Shown here: positions 19,887-30,639 of the stretch, one piece after another
Layout: every line of letters begins with the position of its first letter
Numbering within the stretch: position 1 is the first letter of the stretch
Origin: Spirochaetia bacterium
Lineage (GTDB): Bacteria > Spirochaetota > Spirochaetia > SZUA-6 > Bin103
Assembly (NCBI GenBank): GCA_965208575.1
Contig: CBDBOV010000004.1
Location: forward strand, 1,088,001 to 1,152,000
Direction: 5' to 3'
Length of the DNA stretch: 64,000 bases
Program-made: the position numbers and the translations under genes
The notes under the pieces: model-generated
What the model saw: only the letters and a program-made list of their open reading frames with translations
What the model was told of the DNA's origin: nothing
Databases searched by the model: none

Positions 19887-21780
19887 ACGTCAAGGGAAGC
19901 GGTAGTGAGTCGCCGTTCGTCGGGGGACTTGGTGCGGGCGTGCGACGAACACCTCCCGGAGGCGCCGCTGGGCGTTCGCCGAGCGCGGGTGCCGCCAATG
20001 ACTCTCCCAACTGCTCCGCGACCAGGCTGCGGTAGCGGCTGGTGTTGGCGAGCAGGTCGGCGGCGGCGCCGCTCTCGATGGCCCGGCCCGCTTCCAGGAC
20101 CACCACGCGGTCGGCGCGTTCGATGGTGGAGCGGCGGTGGGCGATCACCAGGGCGGTGCGTCCGGCCAGCAGCCGGCCCATTGCCTCCTGGATCAGCGCC
20201 TCGGTCTCGGCGTCCACCGACGAGGTGGCCTCGTCCAGGATCAGGATCGGCGCGTCCTTGAGCAGCGCGCGGGCGATCGCCACCCGCTGGCGCTGGCCGC
20301 CGGACAGGCGCACGCCGCGGTCGCCCACCACCGTGTCGTAGCCGTCGGGCAGGCCGCGGATGAACTCCTCGGCGTTGGCGGCGCGGGCGGCGGCGTGCAG
20401 CTCCCGGTCGCCGGCGTCGGGGCGCCCGAACAGGATGTTGTCGCGCACGCTGCCGTGGAACAGGAACACCTCCTGGCTGACCACCGCCACCTGCCGGCGC
20501 AGGAAGGTCAGGTCCAGGCCGCGTACGTCATCGCCGCCCACGAGCACGCGCCCGGCGTCGGGGTCGTAGAAGCGCGGCACCAGCCGCGTGACGGTGGTCT
20601 TGCCGGCGCCCGTCTGCCCGGCGAGGGACACCACCTCGCCCGGCTCCGCGGCAAGGCTGAGCCGGCGCAGCACCGGTTCACCGGGCCGATATGAGAAGGT
20701 CACCTCGTCCAGTTCCACCGCGCCCGAGCACGTCGCCGGCACCACCGCGTTCGGCGGGCTGACGATGTCCGGCTGTACCGCCAGCAGTTCGTCCACGCGC
20801 CGGTAGCTGGCCAGGGCGCGGAACAGTACCTCGCCGATGTCCGCCAGCTTCAGGAACGGCTGGTAGATGAAGGTCAGGTAGGCCAGGAACAGGTACAGGT
20901 CGGCCACCGCCAACCCGCCGCCGAGGGCGGCGGCGCCGCCCGCCCCCACCGCCAGGATCACGCCCAGCCCGCCGGTCATCTCCACGATCCCGGAGGGCAG
21001 CAGCGAGCGGTGGGTGGCGCGAATGATGTCGTCGCGGTAGTCGTCCGCCAGCCGGGCGACGCGCCGCGCCTGTTCCGCCTCGCGGGTGAACGACTTGATC
21101 TCGCTCATCCCCTGCAGGCTGTCCTCCACCAGCGCCACCACCTGCGCATAGCGCGCACGCACGCCGCGCCACTGTCCGCGGATGTTGCGGGTGAGCAGGA
21201 AGATCACCAGCGCCGCGACCGGCAGCGGGCTGAGCACCACGAGGGTGAGCAGCGGATCGATCACCAGCAGCACCACGATCATCGCCAGCGGGATGGCGAC
21301 CGCCTGCACCAGCTCCGGGACGCCGTGCGCGACGAAGTCCTCCAGCGCCTCCACGTCGCTCACCGAGCGCGCAATCAGGGTGCCGGTGCGGCTGCCGGCG
21401 AAGAAGCGGTGCGAGAGCTGCTGCAGGTGGCGGTACACGCGCTGCAGCAGGTCGGCCAGCAGCGCATACGCGGCCTGGTGCGAGGTCATGCCATACAGGT
21501 AGCGTGCGGCGCCGCGCAGCACGAACACTCCCACCAGCACGGCGATCACCATGGCCAGCGAGACGCCATCCCCTGCACCGCCGGAGGCTGCGCCGGCGCC
21601 CGCGCCGGTGGCGGTCCCGGCGGATGCGCCGGTGATGGCGGCGATGAGGCGGCGCACGTACAGCGGCGGTATCAGCGTGGTGGCGGCGAACAGCAGTCCG
21701 CTCGCCGCCGACAGACCGATCAGCAGCTTGTGGCCGCGGAACACGTCGGCCACGCGGCTCGGGCGCGGTACGCTACTCAC
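19816..21780 (-). CDS. ABC exporter (fused permease and ATPase)
   Basis: N-terminal TM helices, GQTGAGKTT, LSGGQRQR, LDEATS; start uncertain. Confidence 0.92.
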   Translation of the reverse strand: MSSVPRPSRVADVFRGHKLLIGLSAASGLLFAATTLIPPLYVRRLIAAITGASAGTATGAGAGAASGGAGDGVSLAMVIAVLVGVFVLRGAARYLYGMTSHQAAYALLADLLQRVYRHLQQLSHRFFAGSRTGTLIARSVSDVEALEDFVAHGVPELVQAVAIPLAMIVVLLVIDPLLTLVVLSPLPVAALVIFLLTRNIRGQWRGVRARYAQVVALVEDSLQGMSEIKSFTREAEQARRVARLADDYRDDIIRATHRSLLPSGIVEMTGGLGVILAVGAGGAAALGGGLAVADLYLFLAYLTFIYQPFLKLADIGEVLFRALASYRRVDELLAVQPDIVSPPNAVVPATCSGAVELDEVTFSYRPGEPVLRRLSLAAEPGEVVSLAGQTGAGKTTVTRLVPRFYDPDAGRVLVGGDDVRGLDLTFLRRQVAVVSQEVFLFHGSVRDNILFGRPDAGDRELHAAARAANAEEFIRGLPDGYDTVVGDRGVRLSGGQRQRVAIARALLKDAPILILDEATSSVDAETEALIQEAMGRLLAGRTALVIAHRRSTIERADRVVVLEAGRAIESGAAADLLANTSRYRSLVAEQLGESLAAPALGERPAAPPGGVRRTPAPSPPTNGDSLPLPLTSTQGPSPRRSAPAPSRGTPAPHP

Positions 21781-22163
21781 TGCCCGCCTGCCGTGCAACC
21801 ACGCCGGGCCGCCCGGCGGCGTGGCCGGGGCTTCGCTTCAGCCCGGCCTCGCCGGTCGAGGAAGAACCGCGCCGGTTCGTTCGAAAACGCCGGCGCGGGT
21901 GCGATGCCCGTGCTTCCGCCTTCATGCTCGCTGCCGACCGGCCGGGATGCCCTGCATAGCGGTCCCTCCCCCGGCGTGTCGCGGAGTCATCGAGGCGGCG
22001 CGCTCGGCGGCTGCCAGCTCGACACCGCCGACTCGCCGGACAAGCGGCGTGGTCGCGAAGGCAGCGCAGCGTGGCGCACGGCGCTTCGCCGGCGAAGCGG
22101 CTCCGCGCTGCGGATGGCGCGGCACCGCGACCCGTGCACTGCCCGTTTTTGGGGCTGGCGGCC

Positions 22164-23102
22164 TCACTCGTCGCCAGCCGCGGCGGCCAGGTGGCGGGCG
22201 AGTTGCTCGTGGAAGCGCAGTTCGCTGTTGTCCTGCGGTTGGTAGCCGATCACGCGGCGCGCGTTGGCGATGCTCCAGAAGGCGTGCGAGTTGCCGCTGA
22301 TGCCGTAGAACACCTGGAACGGCACCCCGTGACGGTCGCGGATGTCGGCGGTCTCGATGCTCTTGACGATGAGCTGCACCAGGTCGCGGCGGCTCAGGTA
22401 CACGGCCAGTCCGCGTCGCACCTGGCGCATGTTGCCGAGTTCGGCCCGTTCCATGTCGGTGTCGCGCGGGCCGCCGATGCGGATCTGCACGTTTTCGAGC
22501 GGCGGTTCCCCCGGCCCGCCCTGGGCGAAGATGAACCCCAGGTGCTCGTAGCACGCCTTGGCCCAGCCGTAGTAGCCCACCGCGCGCTCCTGCATGTCGG
22601 GGGTGACCACGTCGCACTTGCCGTCCAGGATCAGCGGCTCGTAGTAGTCGGCGGCGTGGTTGGAGCTGATCATCACCACCCGCCGCACGCCTTCCTCGCG
22701 CGCCGTCTGGAACACGTGGTAGGCCATCTCCACGTTGGCCAATTCGGCCCGGAACCGTCCCTCGCTCTGCCCGGCCACCGATGCGGTGATGCCGCCGAGC
22801 GTGCTGTCCGAGGGCGCCCGCTCGGCCGTGTCGGGTGGCCGCACGAACGCGCAGTGCACCACCGCGTCGGCACCCGCGAAGTGAGCCCGGTAGGCGGCGC
22901 GGTTCTTGTCGGTCAAATCCGCCTCTACGAGCCCCGCCACCGCATTGCCGTCGCGATCCTCCCCGCGCACGTCCAGCGGCACCAGTTCGTAGCGGTCTCG
23001 CAGGCCCTGCAGCATCAACCCGGCAACATAGCCCGCCGCCCCGGTCACCACCACACGCCGCCGCGCCGTTGTTGGGGCGCCACCTCGCTCGTTCTGTTTC
23101 AT
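22164..23102 (-). CDS. NAD-dependent epimerase/dehydratase (uronate dehydrogenase-like)
   Basis: VTGAAGYVA, SSNHA, YGWAK. Confidence 0.85.
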   Translation of the reverse strand: MKQNERGGAPTTARRRVVVTGAAGYVAGLMLQGLRDRYELVPLDVRGEDRDGNAVAGLVEADLTDKNRAAYRAHFAGADAVVHCAFVRPPDTAERAPSDSTLGGITASVAGQSEGRFRAELANVEMAYHVFQTAREEGVRRVVMISSNHAADYYEPLILDGKCDVVTPDMQERAVGYYGWAKACYEHLGFIFAQGGPGEPPLENVQIRIGGPRDTDMERAELGNMRQVRRGLAVYLSRRDLVQLIVKSIETADIRDRHGVPFQVFYGISGNSHAFWSIANARRVIGYQPQDNSELRFHEQLARHLAAAAGDE

Positions 23103-23221
23103 CGGAAGCGGATGATAGCACTCGCCATTGCCCGCGTCACGGGGCGGCGCTGCGTGTGCCCAGCCAGATGGCGATGGCGCGAGCAGGTCAGTCGGCGGCG
23201 GAGCCCGGTCGCTGCGTGCGG

Positions 23222-23320
23222 CGCGATCTCGAGATCGACTACGAGCAGCGCCAGGTCACCGTGGCCGGTCGTGCGGTCCGGCTCACGGCCACCGGGTACA
23301 AGCTGCTGTGCGTGCTCTCC
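23222..23320 (+). pseudogene. OmpR/KdpE winged-helix fragment
   Basis: RDLEIDYEQRQVTVAGRAVRLTATGYKLLCVLS, with no receiver domain or C-terminus. Confidence 0.7.
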
Positions 23321-23408
23321 AGTACCCGCGCACGCGGACGCCGCGGCTACCGCTCACGCCTGCCGCTCCGCCACCGGGCTGCAATCCGCCAGCCGGCATT
23401 TCCGCAGG

Positions 23409-24509
23409 CTACGGCACCACCACCACGCGGCCGTCGATGCTGCCGGCGTGCAGCTCGGAAAACACGTCATTGATCTCGGCCAGGGGCCGGCGCGCGATCG
23501 GCGGCGGCTCGATGCGGCTCTCGCGGCGCAGCTCGATCAGTTCGGCCAAGTCCTGCAGCGTGCCGAGGTGGGAGCCGCGAATCGCCAGCAGCCCGTAGAT
23601 GTAGTCGGCCACCGACACCTTCAACTCGCCACCGAACAGCCCCACCACCACGTGCGTGCCGCCGCGCCGCAGCGAGTCGAGCGCCACTTGCGAGGTCTCC
23701 TGCATGCCGACGAAGTCGACCGAAGCAGCCACGCCGGCGCCGCACTGCTCCTTGAGCCGGCGGCCCGCATCCGGATCGGAGGTATCGATGGTGGCGTCGG
23801 CGCCGTTGGCCTCGGCCAGCGCCCGCTTGTCGGCGCTGATGTCCGCCACCACGATACGCGCATCGGTCATCGCCCGCGCTACGCGCAGCGCGCTCAGGCC
23901 CACGCCGCCGGCGCCGACCAGCAGCAGGGTGTCGCCGGGGCCGATCCGGCCCAGCGTGCCGGCGCTCTCCGGATAGGTGGTAAGGGCGCGCTTCACCGCC
24001 GCGTACCCGGTGATGCCGGCGCACGCATAGGTGGCCGCCACGTCCGCGTCGATACCGTCGTACGGCAACAGGTAGCGCGGGTGCGGCACCAGCAGGTAGT
24101 CGCTGTAGCCGCCGTCGACGCGCGCCCCCAGGTAGCGCCCGCGCTCGCACAGGATGTCCTCTTCGCGCAGGCACGCCGCGCACTGCCGGCAGCCGACCCA
24201 CGGCCACACCACCCGCGGCGACCCGATCGGCACCCCGGCGGCGGCCGGATCGTCCACCTCCGGCCCCACCGCCGCCACCCGGCCCACCGGCTCGTGGCCC
24301 AGGGTCAGCGGCAGCTCCACCCCCAGGTCGGCGAGCACCCGCTTGCGTCCGCCGCCCAGGTCGAAGTAGCCGGTGTGGATGTGCAGGTCGCTGTGGCACA
24401 CCCCGCACGACTCAATCTCCACCAGCACCTCGGTGCCCTGCGGATCCGGCGTCGGATAGTCGCGCCGCTCCAGCGGCTCGCCCCAATCGATCACTTGGTA
24501 ACTCGTCAT
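23409..24509 (-). CDS. Zn-dependent alcohol dehydrogenase
   Basis: CGVCHSD, GHE, CxxCxxCx7C, GAGGVG. Confidence 0.93.
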   Translation of the reverse strand: MTSYQVIDWGEPLERRDYPTPDPQGTEVLVEIESCGVCHSDLHIHTGYFDLGGGRKRVLADLGVELPLTLGHEPVGRVAAVGPEVDDPAAAGVPIGSPRVVWPWVGCRQCAACLREEDILCERGRYLGARVDGGYSDYLLVPHPRYLLPYDGIDADVAATYACAGITGYAAVKRALTTYPESAGTLGRIGPGDTLLLVGAGGVGLSALRVARAMTDARIVVADISADKRALAEANGADATIDTSDPDAGRRLKEQCGAGVAASVDFVGMQETSQVALDSLRRGGTHVVVGLFGGELKVSVADYIYGLLAIRGSHLGTLQDLAELIELRRESRIEPPPIARRPLAEINDVFSELHAGSIDGRVVVVP

Positions 24510-24641
24510 GCCCAGCCTCGATCATTCTGCTTCATCGGAAGTGGATGATAGCACTCGCCATTGTCCGCGTCACGCAACGCCGGCGTGCTCGCGAAATTCG
24601 TGGTACATTGCAGCATTGCACCCTGGTGGGTTGGACCGCGT

Positions 24642-26930
24642 ATGCAAGGGACACGTCATAAGGGCCGGCTGTTCTACACCTACCTGCTCTCGTTTCTGCT
24701 GATCCTCATGGTGCCGGTCGTGTTCAGTACGTTCGTGTTCGGACGCGCCCGCTCCATCCTCACCCAGGAAGCGGGCCGCGCCAACGAGCTGCTGCTGCAG
24801 CAGATGAAGTCGTTTCTCGACACCGTCATGAGCGACGTCGTGCAGCTCAACTACATCGTCGCCAACCATGTCACGCTCGGCGGCATGCTGTTCGAGACGC
24901 TGCCGGTGACCAACGACGAAATCTACCGCGCGTACCGGATCGCCAGCGACCTGTACGACTACGACACCTCCAGCACCGGCAGCACCGATCTGTACGTCTA
25001 CCTCCCAAAGCTCGACATGGTGATCTCTCCGCGCGGCTACACGACCACCGCAAACTACCAGCTGGCGCAGCGGCCGATGTTGGAGTCCGGCTACGACACG
25101 TGGCTCGGGTCGTTCTCCGACGTCACCCGGCCGCGCTTCCGTGCCTCGCAGAGCATGAGTCTCGCCGAGGAGGTGCACGATACCGTCGAGATGGTCACTC
25201 CGCTGCCGGCGCTGCAGCGCACCGGCTCCCCGCACGGCTGGCTGGTGGTCCACATCGCCCGCGACCTGTTCCAGCGCATCTTTGCCGATACCGCCTGGAC
25301 GCCCGACGCTCTGCAACTCGTGTTCCACCCCGAGTTCGGCGTCATCGCCGCGTCGGACAGCGCCGTCGATGACGCCGAAGTAAAGGCTGTCGGCGCGCGC
25401 GTGCTCGGTGCGGGCGTCCTCGACCGGATCACGCTGGGCGGCGAGACCTACACCGCCAACGCACTGCGCTCCGACGTCGTCGACTGGTACTACCTCTCGC
25501 TGGTGCCAGGCGGTCTCTATGCGCAGCGGTTCGCCGGTCTCTACCGGTACACGATCCTGGCGCTGATCGGGTGCGTGATCATCGCCGGACTGCTCATCTA
25601 CTGGTTGGCCTCGGTCCGCTACCGGCCGATCCAGGACCTCATCGCGCTGGTGAAGCCGGACGCAAACGGCACCTTGACGCTGCAATCGGACGAGTTCGCG
25701 CTCATCTCCGGTTCGGTGCAGAGCACTCTGCAGGAGGACCGCCGGTTACGCCGCGAGCTCACCCGCTCGCGGCCGCTGCTGTTGCAGAGCTACCTGCGCC
25801 GGCTGCTCCGCGACGCGGTGCAACCGGCCACCGCCATCGCGACGAGACTACGACGCTTCGGATTCGCGTTCGCGTACCGGAATCTGTACCTGGCGCTGGT
25901 GGAGATAGACCGGCCGGCCAGCGTGTCGCGTGGGTCGCTGGAAGCATTCCTGGACGGATATCGCCCGCCGACCGACATGCAATTCGTCACGGTGCCCGAC
26001 CTTGCCGGCAGAACGGGGCTGCTGGTGAGCACCGCCGAATCCGGTCTCACGCTGGTCACTGCCACCCTTGCCAACCTGAAACGGCAATTCGAGGAGCATT
26101 TCGGCGTCACGTCGGCCGTCGGCGTGAGCGAAGCGCATACGCTGTCGGATGTCGGGCCACTGCTGCTCGAAGCCCGTGCGGCGCTCGCCTACCGGCTGGT
26201 CAAGGGCGGCTCCGATCCCATCGGATTCCCGGAGGTAGTCACCTCCGGTCCCGCCTACCACTTTCCGCTCGAAGACGAGGTCCGGCTGGTCAACTCGATC
26301 AAGGCCGGCAACGAGGCGGATGCCGGCGCCATTCTGGAGTCGATCCACGCCGCCAACTTCGCTCGCACACGGCTGTCCATCGAAATGGCGCGCTGCCTGA
26401 TGTTCGACCTGATCTCGACCATGATCAAGACGATCGAGTCGTTGCACGCCGGCGACGAGGATGAGCAGTTCTGGGCGCGCATCGAGCCGGTGTCCCGCCT
26501 CACCGCCTGCCGCTCGCTGGAACGGTTGCAACAGGAGATGAAGGCGATCCTGGCCGAGGTATGCGGGCACGTACGCGGCCGGCGCACGTCCCACACCGAG
26601 CACCTGCGCCAGGCGATTCTCGACTACATCGCCGAGCATTGCTACGAACGCAACCTCGGTCCGGAAACGGTCGCCGGCCACCTGCAGCGCAACAGCGCCT
26701 ACATCGCCCGCTTCTTTCGCGAACAGTTCGGCGTGGGCATCAGCAGCTACATCAAGAACCTGCGCATCGCCGAGGCGAAGCGGCTCATCGAGAACACCGG
26801 GCTCACCGTACGCGACATAGCGGACCGCACCGGCTTCAGTGACAGCAATGCCCTGATCCGCGGCTTCAAGACGCAGGAGGGCATTACCCCGGGTGAGTAC
26901 AAGGCGTCGCGGCTCGACCGCGCGCGGTAA
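24642..26930 (+). CDS. Membrane-anchored AraC-family regulator
   Basis: Two TM segments, an extracytoplasmic domain and a C-terminal AraC HTH (IADRTGFSD...FKTQEGITPGEY). Confidence 0.88.
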   Translation: MQGTRHKGRLFYTYLLSFLLILMVPVVFSTFVFGRARSILTQEAGRANELLLQQMKSFLDTVMSDVVQLNYIVANHVTLGGMLFETLPVTNDEIYRAYRIASDLYDYDTSSTGSTDLYVYLPKLDMVISPRGYTTTANYQLAQRPMLESGYDTWLGSFSDVTRPRFRASQSMSLAEEVHDTVEMVTPLPALQRTGSPHGWLVVHIARDLFQRIFADTAWTPDALQLVFHPEFGVIAASDSAVDDAEVKAVGARVLGAGVLDRITLGGETYTANALRSDVVDWYYLSLVPGGLYAQRFAGLYRYTILALIGCVIIAGLLIYWLASVRYRPIQDLIALVKPDANGTLTLQSDEFALISGSVQSTLQEDRRLRRELTRSRPLLLQSYLRRLLRDAVQPATAIATRLRRFGFAFAYRNLYLALVEIDRPASVSRGSLEAFLDGYRPPTDMQFVTVPDLAGRTGLLVSTAESGLTLVTATLANLKRQFEEHFGVTSAVGVSEAHTLSDVGPLLLEARAALAYRLVKGGSDPIGFPEVVTSGPAYHFPLEDEVRLVNSIKAGNEADAGAILESIHAANFARTRLSIEMARCLMFDLISTMIKTIESLHAGDEDEQFWARIEPVSRLTACRSLERLQQEMKAILAEVCGHVRGRRTSHTEHLRQAILDYIAEHCYERNLGPETVAGHLQRNSAYIARFFREQFGVGISSYIKNLRIAEAKRLIENTGLTVRDIADRTGFSDSNALIRGFKTQEGITPGEYKASRLDRAR

Positions 26931-27077
26931 GGCGCCGGCGATCCTGCGCAATCGGCGACCCGAGTACCGGATTCGCTATCGGAACCTCGTCATTTGGCGA
27001 CCAAGGTGCGGACTCTCCGATTTACACACTGCCGCCGCGAGCCGGACGATGGCCCATCAACGCTATTGGAGGTTGTC

Positions 27078-28664
27078 ATGAAGAGAACGTTCTTCATTGT
27101 CGCGGCGATCTGCGTCGCCGGTCTCGTGTTCGCGTCTCCATCCGAGGAGTCCGCCGCCGAGGGACCACGCGAGATCACCATCTGGGAGGGGCTGTGGCAC
27201 AACGCATCGGTCTCGGTGGCGAACCTGGCGGAAACCCCGCTCTACCAGGAGGTGATGCGCCGCACCGGCATCGACGTGACCTTTATCCACCCGGCACAGG
27301 GCCAGGAGCGGGAGGCGTTCAACCTGATGATCGCGTCCAACGACCTGCCGGACATGATCTACACGAGGTGGCCCAACGAATATCCCGGCGGTCCGGAGAA
27401 GGCGATCTCGGACGGCGTCATCATCCGTTTGAATGACGTTATCGCCAACCACGCGCCCAATCTGAGTGCGCTGTACGCCAAGCACCCCGACTGGCTGAAG
27501 GCGGCCAAGACCGACAGCGGCACCCACTACATGTTCCCGTTCATCCGCGGCGACGACTACCTGATGGTGTTCTACGGGCCGCAACTGCGCGCGGACTGGC
27601 TCGACCAACTCGGCCTGGAGGTGCCGCAGACGCTCGCCGATTGGGACAACGTGCTTTCTTCCATGAAGGACGAGGGGCTGGTCGAGTACCCGCTGACGTT
27701 CACCAACTTCCGCCGCGGGCGCGGCATCAACGGTCCCGGCAATGCCTTCATCCAGCCGTTCGGCACCACCTGGAGTTTCCACCAGGATGGCCGCGGCAAC
27801 GTGCACTTCGGCCCGTACGAGGACTCGTTCGGCGAGTTTCTGGCGTTCTTCAAGGACTGGTTCGACCGCGGCCTGGTGGACCCCGAGTTCTTCAGCAATG
27901 AGCGCAATACGTTCAATGCCAAGATCCTCAACGGCGACACCGGCGCGTGGACCTCCTACACCGGCTCCGGCATCGGTGCCTACCTGGATGCCAACGGCGG
28001 CAAGGGCACGTTCGACATCGTGGCCGCCCCCTATCCGGTGATCAACAAGGGCGCTACCCCGTTCTTCGGGCAGCGCGACAACCCGGTGCGCGGCAGCGGC
28101 ATGGCGGTGACCACGCAGGCGCGCGACGTCGAGCTGGCCGCCGAGTTTGCCGACTTCGCCTACGGTGAGGAGGGCCACGTCCTGTTCAACTTCGGGCTGG
28201 AGGGAGAGAGCTACGAGTGGTCGACCGAGTATCCGGGATTCGAGGGCGAGCGCTGGCCGGTGTACACCGCCGTCATGAACAGTGACGCTGACGGCAGGAC
28301 CCTGTCGCAGATGGGTGGACTGTATACCCGTTCCTTCTACAGCGGCCCGATCGTGCAGGACCGGCGCTACATGTACCAGTACGCGCGCCGTCCGCAGCAG
28401 CGCAACGCGGTGGTGATCTGGGGGCAGACCGACGCGGCGACGCACATGCTGCCGGCAGTGACCGCTACCCCCGACGAGGCTGAGGAACTGGCCGAGATGA
28501 TGAGCGACATCGAGACCTACGTGGAGGAGATGTTCGTCAAGTTCATCACCGGCCAGGAGCCGCTGGCCAACTTCGACGGGTTCCAGAGCAGGCTGAAGCA
28601 GATGGGCATCGAACGCGCCATCGAGATCAAGCAGGCCGGCCTGGAGAGGTACAACGCCCGCTGA
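27078..28664 (+). CDS. Extracellular solute-binding protein
   Basis: Signal peptide, LMIASNDLPD, RADWLDQLGLEVPQT; GGAGG RBS. Confidence 0.92.
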   Translation: MKRTFFIVAAICVAGLVFASPSEESAAEGPREITIWEGLWHNASVSVANLAETPLYQEVMRRTGIDVTFIHPAQGQEREAFNLMIASNDLPDMIYTRWPNEYPGGPEKAISDGVIIRLNDVIANHAPNLSALYAKHPDWLKAAKTDSGTHYMFPFIRGDDYLMVFYGPQLRADWLDQLGLEVPQTLADWDNVLSSMKDEGLVEYPLTFTNFRRGRGINGPGNAFIQPFGTTWSFHQDGRGNVHFGPYEDSFGEFLAFFKDWFDRGLVDPEFFSNERNTFNAKILNGDTGAWTSYTGSGIGAYLDANGGKGTFDIVAAPYPVINKGATPFFGQRDNPVRGSGMAVTTQARDVELAAEFADFAYGEEGHVLFNFGLEGESYEWSTEYPGFEGERWPVYTAVMNSDADGRTLSQMGGLYTRSFYSGPIVQDRRYMYQYARRPQQRNAVVIWGQTDAATHMLPAVTATPDEAEELAEMMSDIETYVEEMFVKFITGQEPLANFDGFQSRLKQMGIERAIEIKQAGLERYNAR

Positions 28665-28706
28665 CGCCCGCGTCCTTGGAGGCACCGGCTTCGAGTGGGA
28701 TACTGC

Positions 28707-28742
28707 GAAAGCGGCCCGGTGAAATGCCGGGCCGTTTTCTTT
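28707..28742 (+). terminator. Intrinsic terminator-like hairpin between the binding protein and permease genes
   Basis: GCGGCCCGGT-GAA-ATGCCGGGCCGT followed by TTTCTTT. Confidence 0.7.
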
Positions 28743-28764
28743 GCACGTGGTGGGGGATGACGCG

Positions 28765-29736
28765 ATGGCAGAACGCGAGAATACGGTAGTGCCGGAGCTG
28801 CTGGCGCGTCCTCGGTTTCTCGGCGCCGGATATGGCCGCATGCTCAGGAAGGACTTCGTGCGCAACCGCGGCATCTACCTGATGGCGGTGCCGGTGGTGG
28901 CGTTCTTCCTCATCTTCTACTACGCACCGATGTTCGGGCTGGTGATCTCGTTCAAGCGGTTCACGCCGGCGCTCGGGATATTCGGCAGTCCGTGGGTCGG
29001 GTTCAAGTACTTCGAGGACTTCTTCCAGTCCTACTTCGCGGTACGCATCATCCGCAACACCATCCTGCTGAGCGTCCTCAGCCTGATCTGGGGGTTCCCG
29101 GCGCCGATCATCCTGGCGCTGCTGATCAACGAGGTGCGGTCGACCCCGTTCAAGCGCTCGGTGCAGAGCCTCACCTACCTGCCGCACTTCATCTCGCTGG
29201 TGGTGGTGTGCGGCCTGCTGCTGGAGTTCTCGCAGAGCGGCGGCCTGTTCAACGACCTGCGCCGCTGGTTCGGCGCCGAACCGATCTCCTTCTTCCAGGA
29301 TCCGCGCTACTTTCGCAGCTTCTACATCGGCAGCGACATCTGGCAGGAGGTGGGCTGGGGCAGCATCATCTACCTGGCGGCGCTGTCGGCGATCGATCCG
29401 CAGCTCTACGAGGCGGCGACCATCGACGGCGCCGGCCGCTTCCGCCAATTGCGGCACATCACACTGCCCTCGATCGCGCCGACCATCGTGGTGCTGCTGA
29501 TCCTGCGCCTGGGCAACCTGATGACCGTGGGACACGAGAAGATCATCCTGCTGTACAACTCGTCGATCTACGAGACCGCCGACGTAATCTCGACGTTCGT
29601 GTACCGCAAGGGATTGCTCGACTTCAGTTGGAGCTACGGCACCGCCGTGGGGCTGTTCAACTCGCTCATCAACCTGGCGCTGGTGGTCATGGCCAACTGG
29701 ATCAGCCGCCGCGTCAACGAAACCAGTCTCTGGTAG
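28765..29736 (+). CDS. Carbohydrate ABC transporter permease
   Basis: SPWVGFKYF, EAATIDGA, ETSLW. Confidence 0.93.
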   Translation: MAERENTVVPELLARPRFLGAGYGRMLRKDFVRNRGIYLMAVPVVAFFLIFYYAPMFGLVISFKRFTPALGIFGSPWVGFKYFEDFFQSYFAVRIIRNTILLSVLSLIWGFPAPIILALLINEVRSTPFKRSVQSLTYLPHFISLVVVCGLLLEFSQSGGLFNDLRRWFGAEPISFFQDPRYFRSFYIGSDIWQEVGWGSIIYLAALSAIDPQLYEAATIDGAGRFRQLRHITLPSIAPTIVVLLILRLGNLMTVGHEKIILLYNSSIYETADVISTFVYRKGLLDFSWSYGTAVGLFNSLINLALVVMANWISRRVNETSLW

Positions 29737-29745
29737 GCGGCTGCG

Positions 29746-30639
29746 ATGGCTCTGCACAGGCGATCCGCGGGCAGCGTGGTGTTCGATACCTGCAACGTGG
29801 CATTCCTCGCGGTGCTGTGCGTCACCATGCTGTATCCGCTCTACTACGTGTTCGTGGCGTCGGTGAGCGAGGGCAACGAGCTGATGGCGCACACCGGTCC
29901 GCTCGCCGCTCCGCTGGGATTCAGCGGCGCCGCCTACCGGCTGGTATTCAACAACCCGCTGGTAGTGCGCGGGTTTGTGAACTCCATTCACCTCGTGGTG
30001 GTCGGCACCACCGTCAACATTCTGCTGACCAGCTTTGCCGCCTACGTGCTGTCGCGCCGCAACGTGTACTGGAAGCCGGTGCTGACGATCATGGCGGTGG
30101 TGACGCTGCTGTTCGAGCGCGGCCTGGTGCCGTTCTACCTGACGGTGCGCGGCCTCGGCCTGCTCAACAGCCACTGGGCGGTGATCCTGGCGTTCGCCAT
30201 CAGCGCCTACAACATGATCATCATGCGCACCTACTTCACCACCATCCCCGACAGCCTGGAGGAGTCGGCCAAGATCGACGGCGCCAACGACTTCACGGTG
30301 CTGTTTCGGATCATCCTGCCGGTGGCCGCGCCGGTGGTCGCCACCATGGTGCTGTTCTACGGCGTCAGCCGCTGGAATGGCTACTTCTACGTGATGATCT
30401 TCCTGCGCGACCGGTTGAAGTTCCCGATCGCGCTCATCCTGCGCGAGATTCTGATCGCCAACTCCGCCGACACCATGATGGCCGGCAGCGACGCCGGCTC
30501 CATGGGCGACCACGAAAACATCGCCGACACCATCAAATTCGCCACCACCGTGGTCGCCACGGTGCCGATCCTGCTGCTCTACCCCTTCCTGCAGAAGTAC
30601 TTCGTCAAGGGCGCCATGATCGGCTCCGTCAAGGGCTGA
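29746..30639 (+). CDS. Carbohydrate ABC transporter permease
   Basis: ESAKIDGA, YPFLQKYFVKG. Confidence 0.93.
   Translation: MALHRRSAGSVVFDTCNVAFLAVLCVTMLYPLYYVFVASVSEGNELMAHTGPLAAPLGFSGAAYRLVFNNPLVVRGFVNSIHLVVVGTTVNILLTSFAAYVLSRRNVYWKPVLTIMAVVTLLFERGLVPFYLTVRGLGLLNSHWAVILAFAISAYNMIIMRTYFTTIPDSLEESAKIDGANDFTVLFRIILPVAAPVVATMVLFYGVSRWNGYFYVMIFLRDRLKFPIALILREILIANSADTMMAGSDAGSMGDHENIADTIKFATTVVATVPILLLYPFLQKYFVKGAMIGSVKG

Larger units (their letters stand above)
23083..24574. repeat. 59-bp direct repeat pair (23083-23141 and 24516-24574) flanking the alcohol dehydrogenase gene
   Basis: CCTCG(C/A)TC(G/A)TTCTG(T/C)TTCATCGGAAG(C/T)GGATGATAGCACTCGCCATTG(C/T)CCGCGTCACG, 5 mismatches. Confidence 0.9.
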
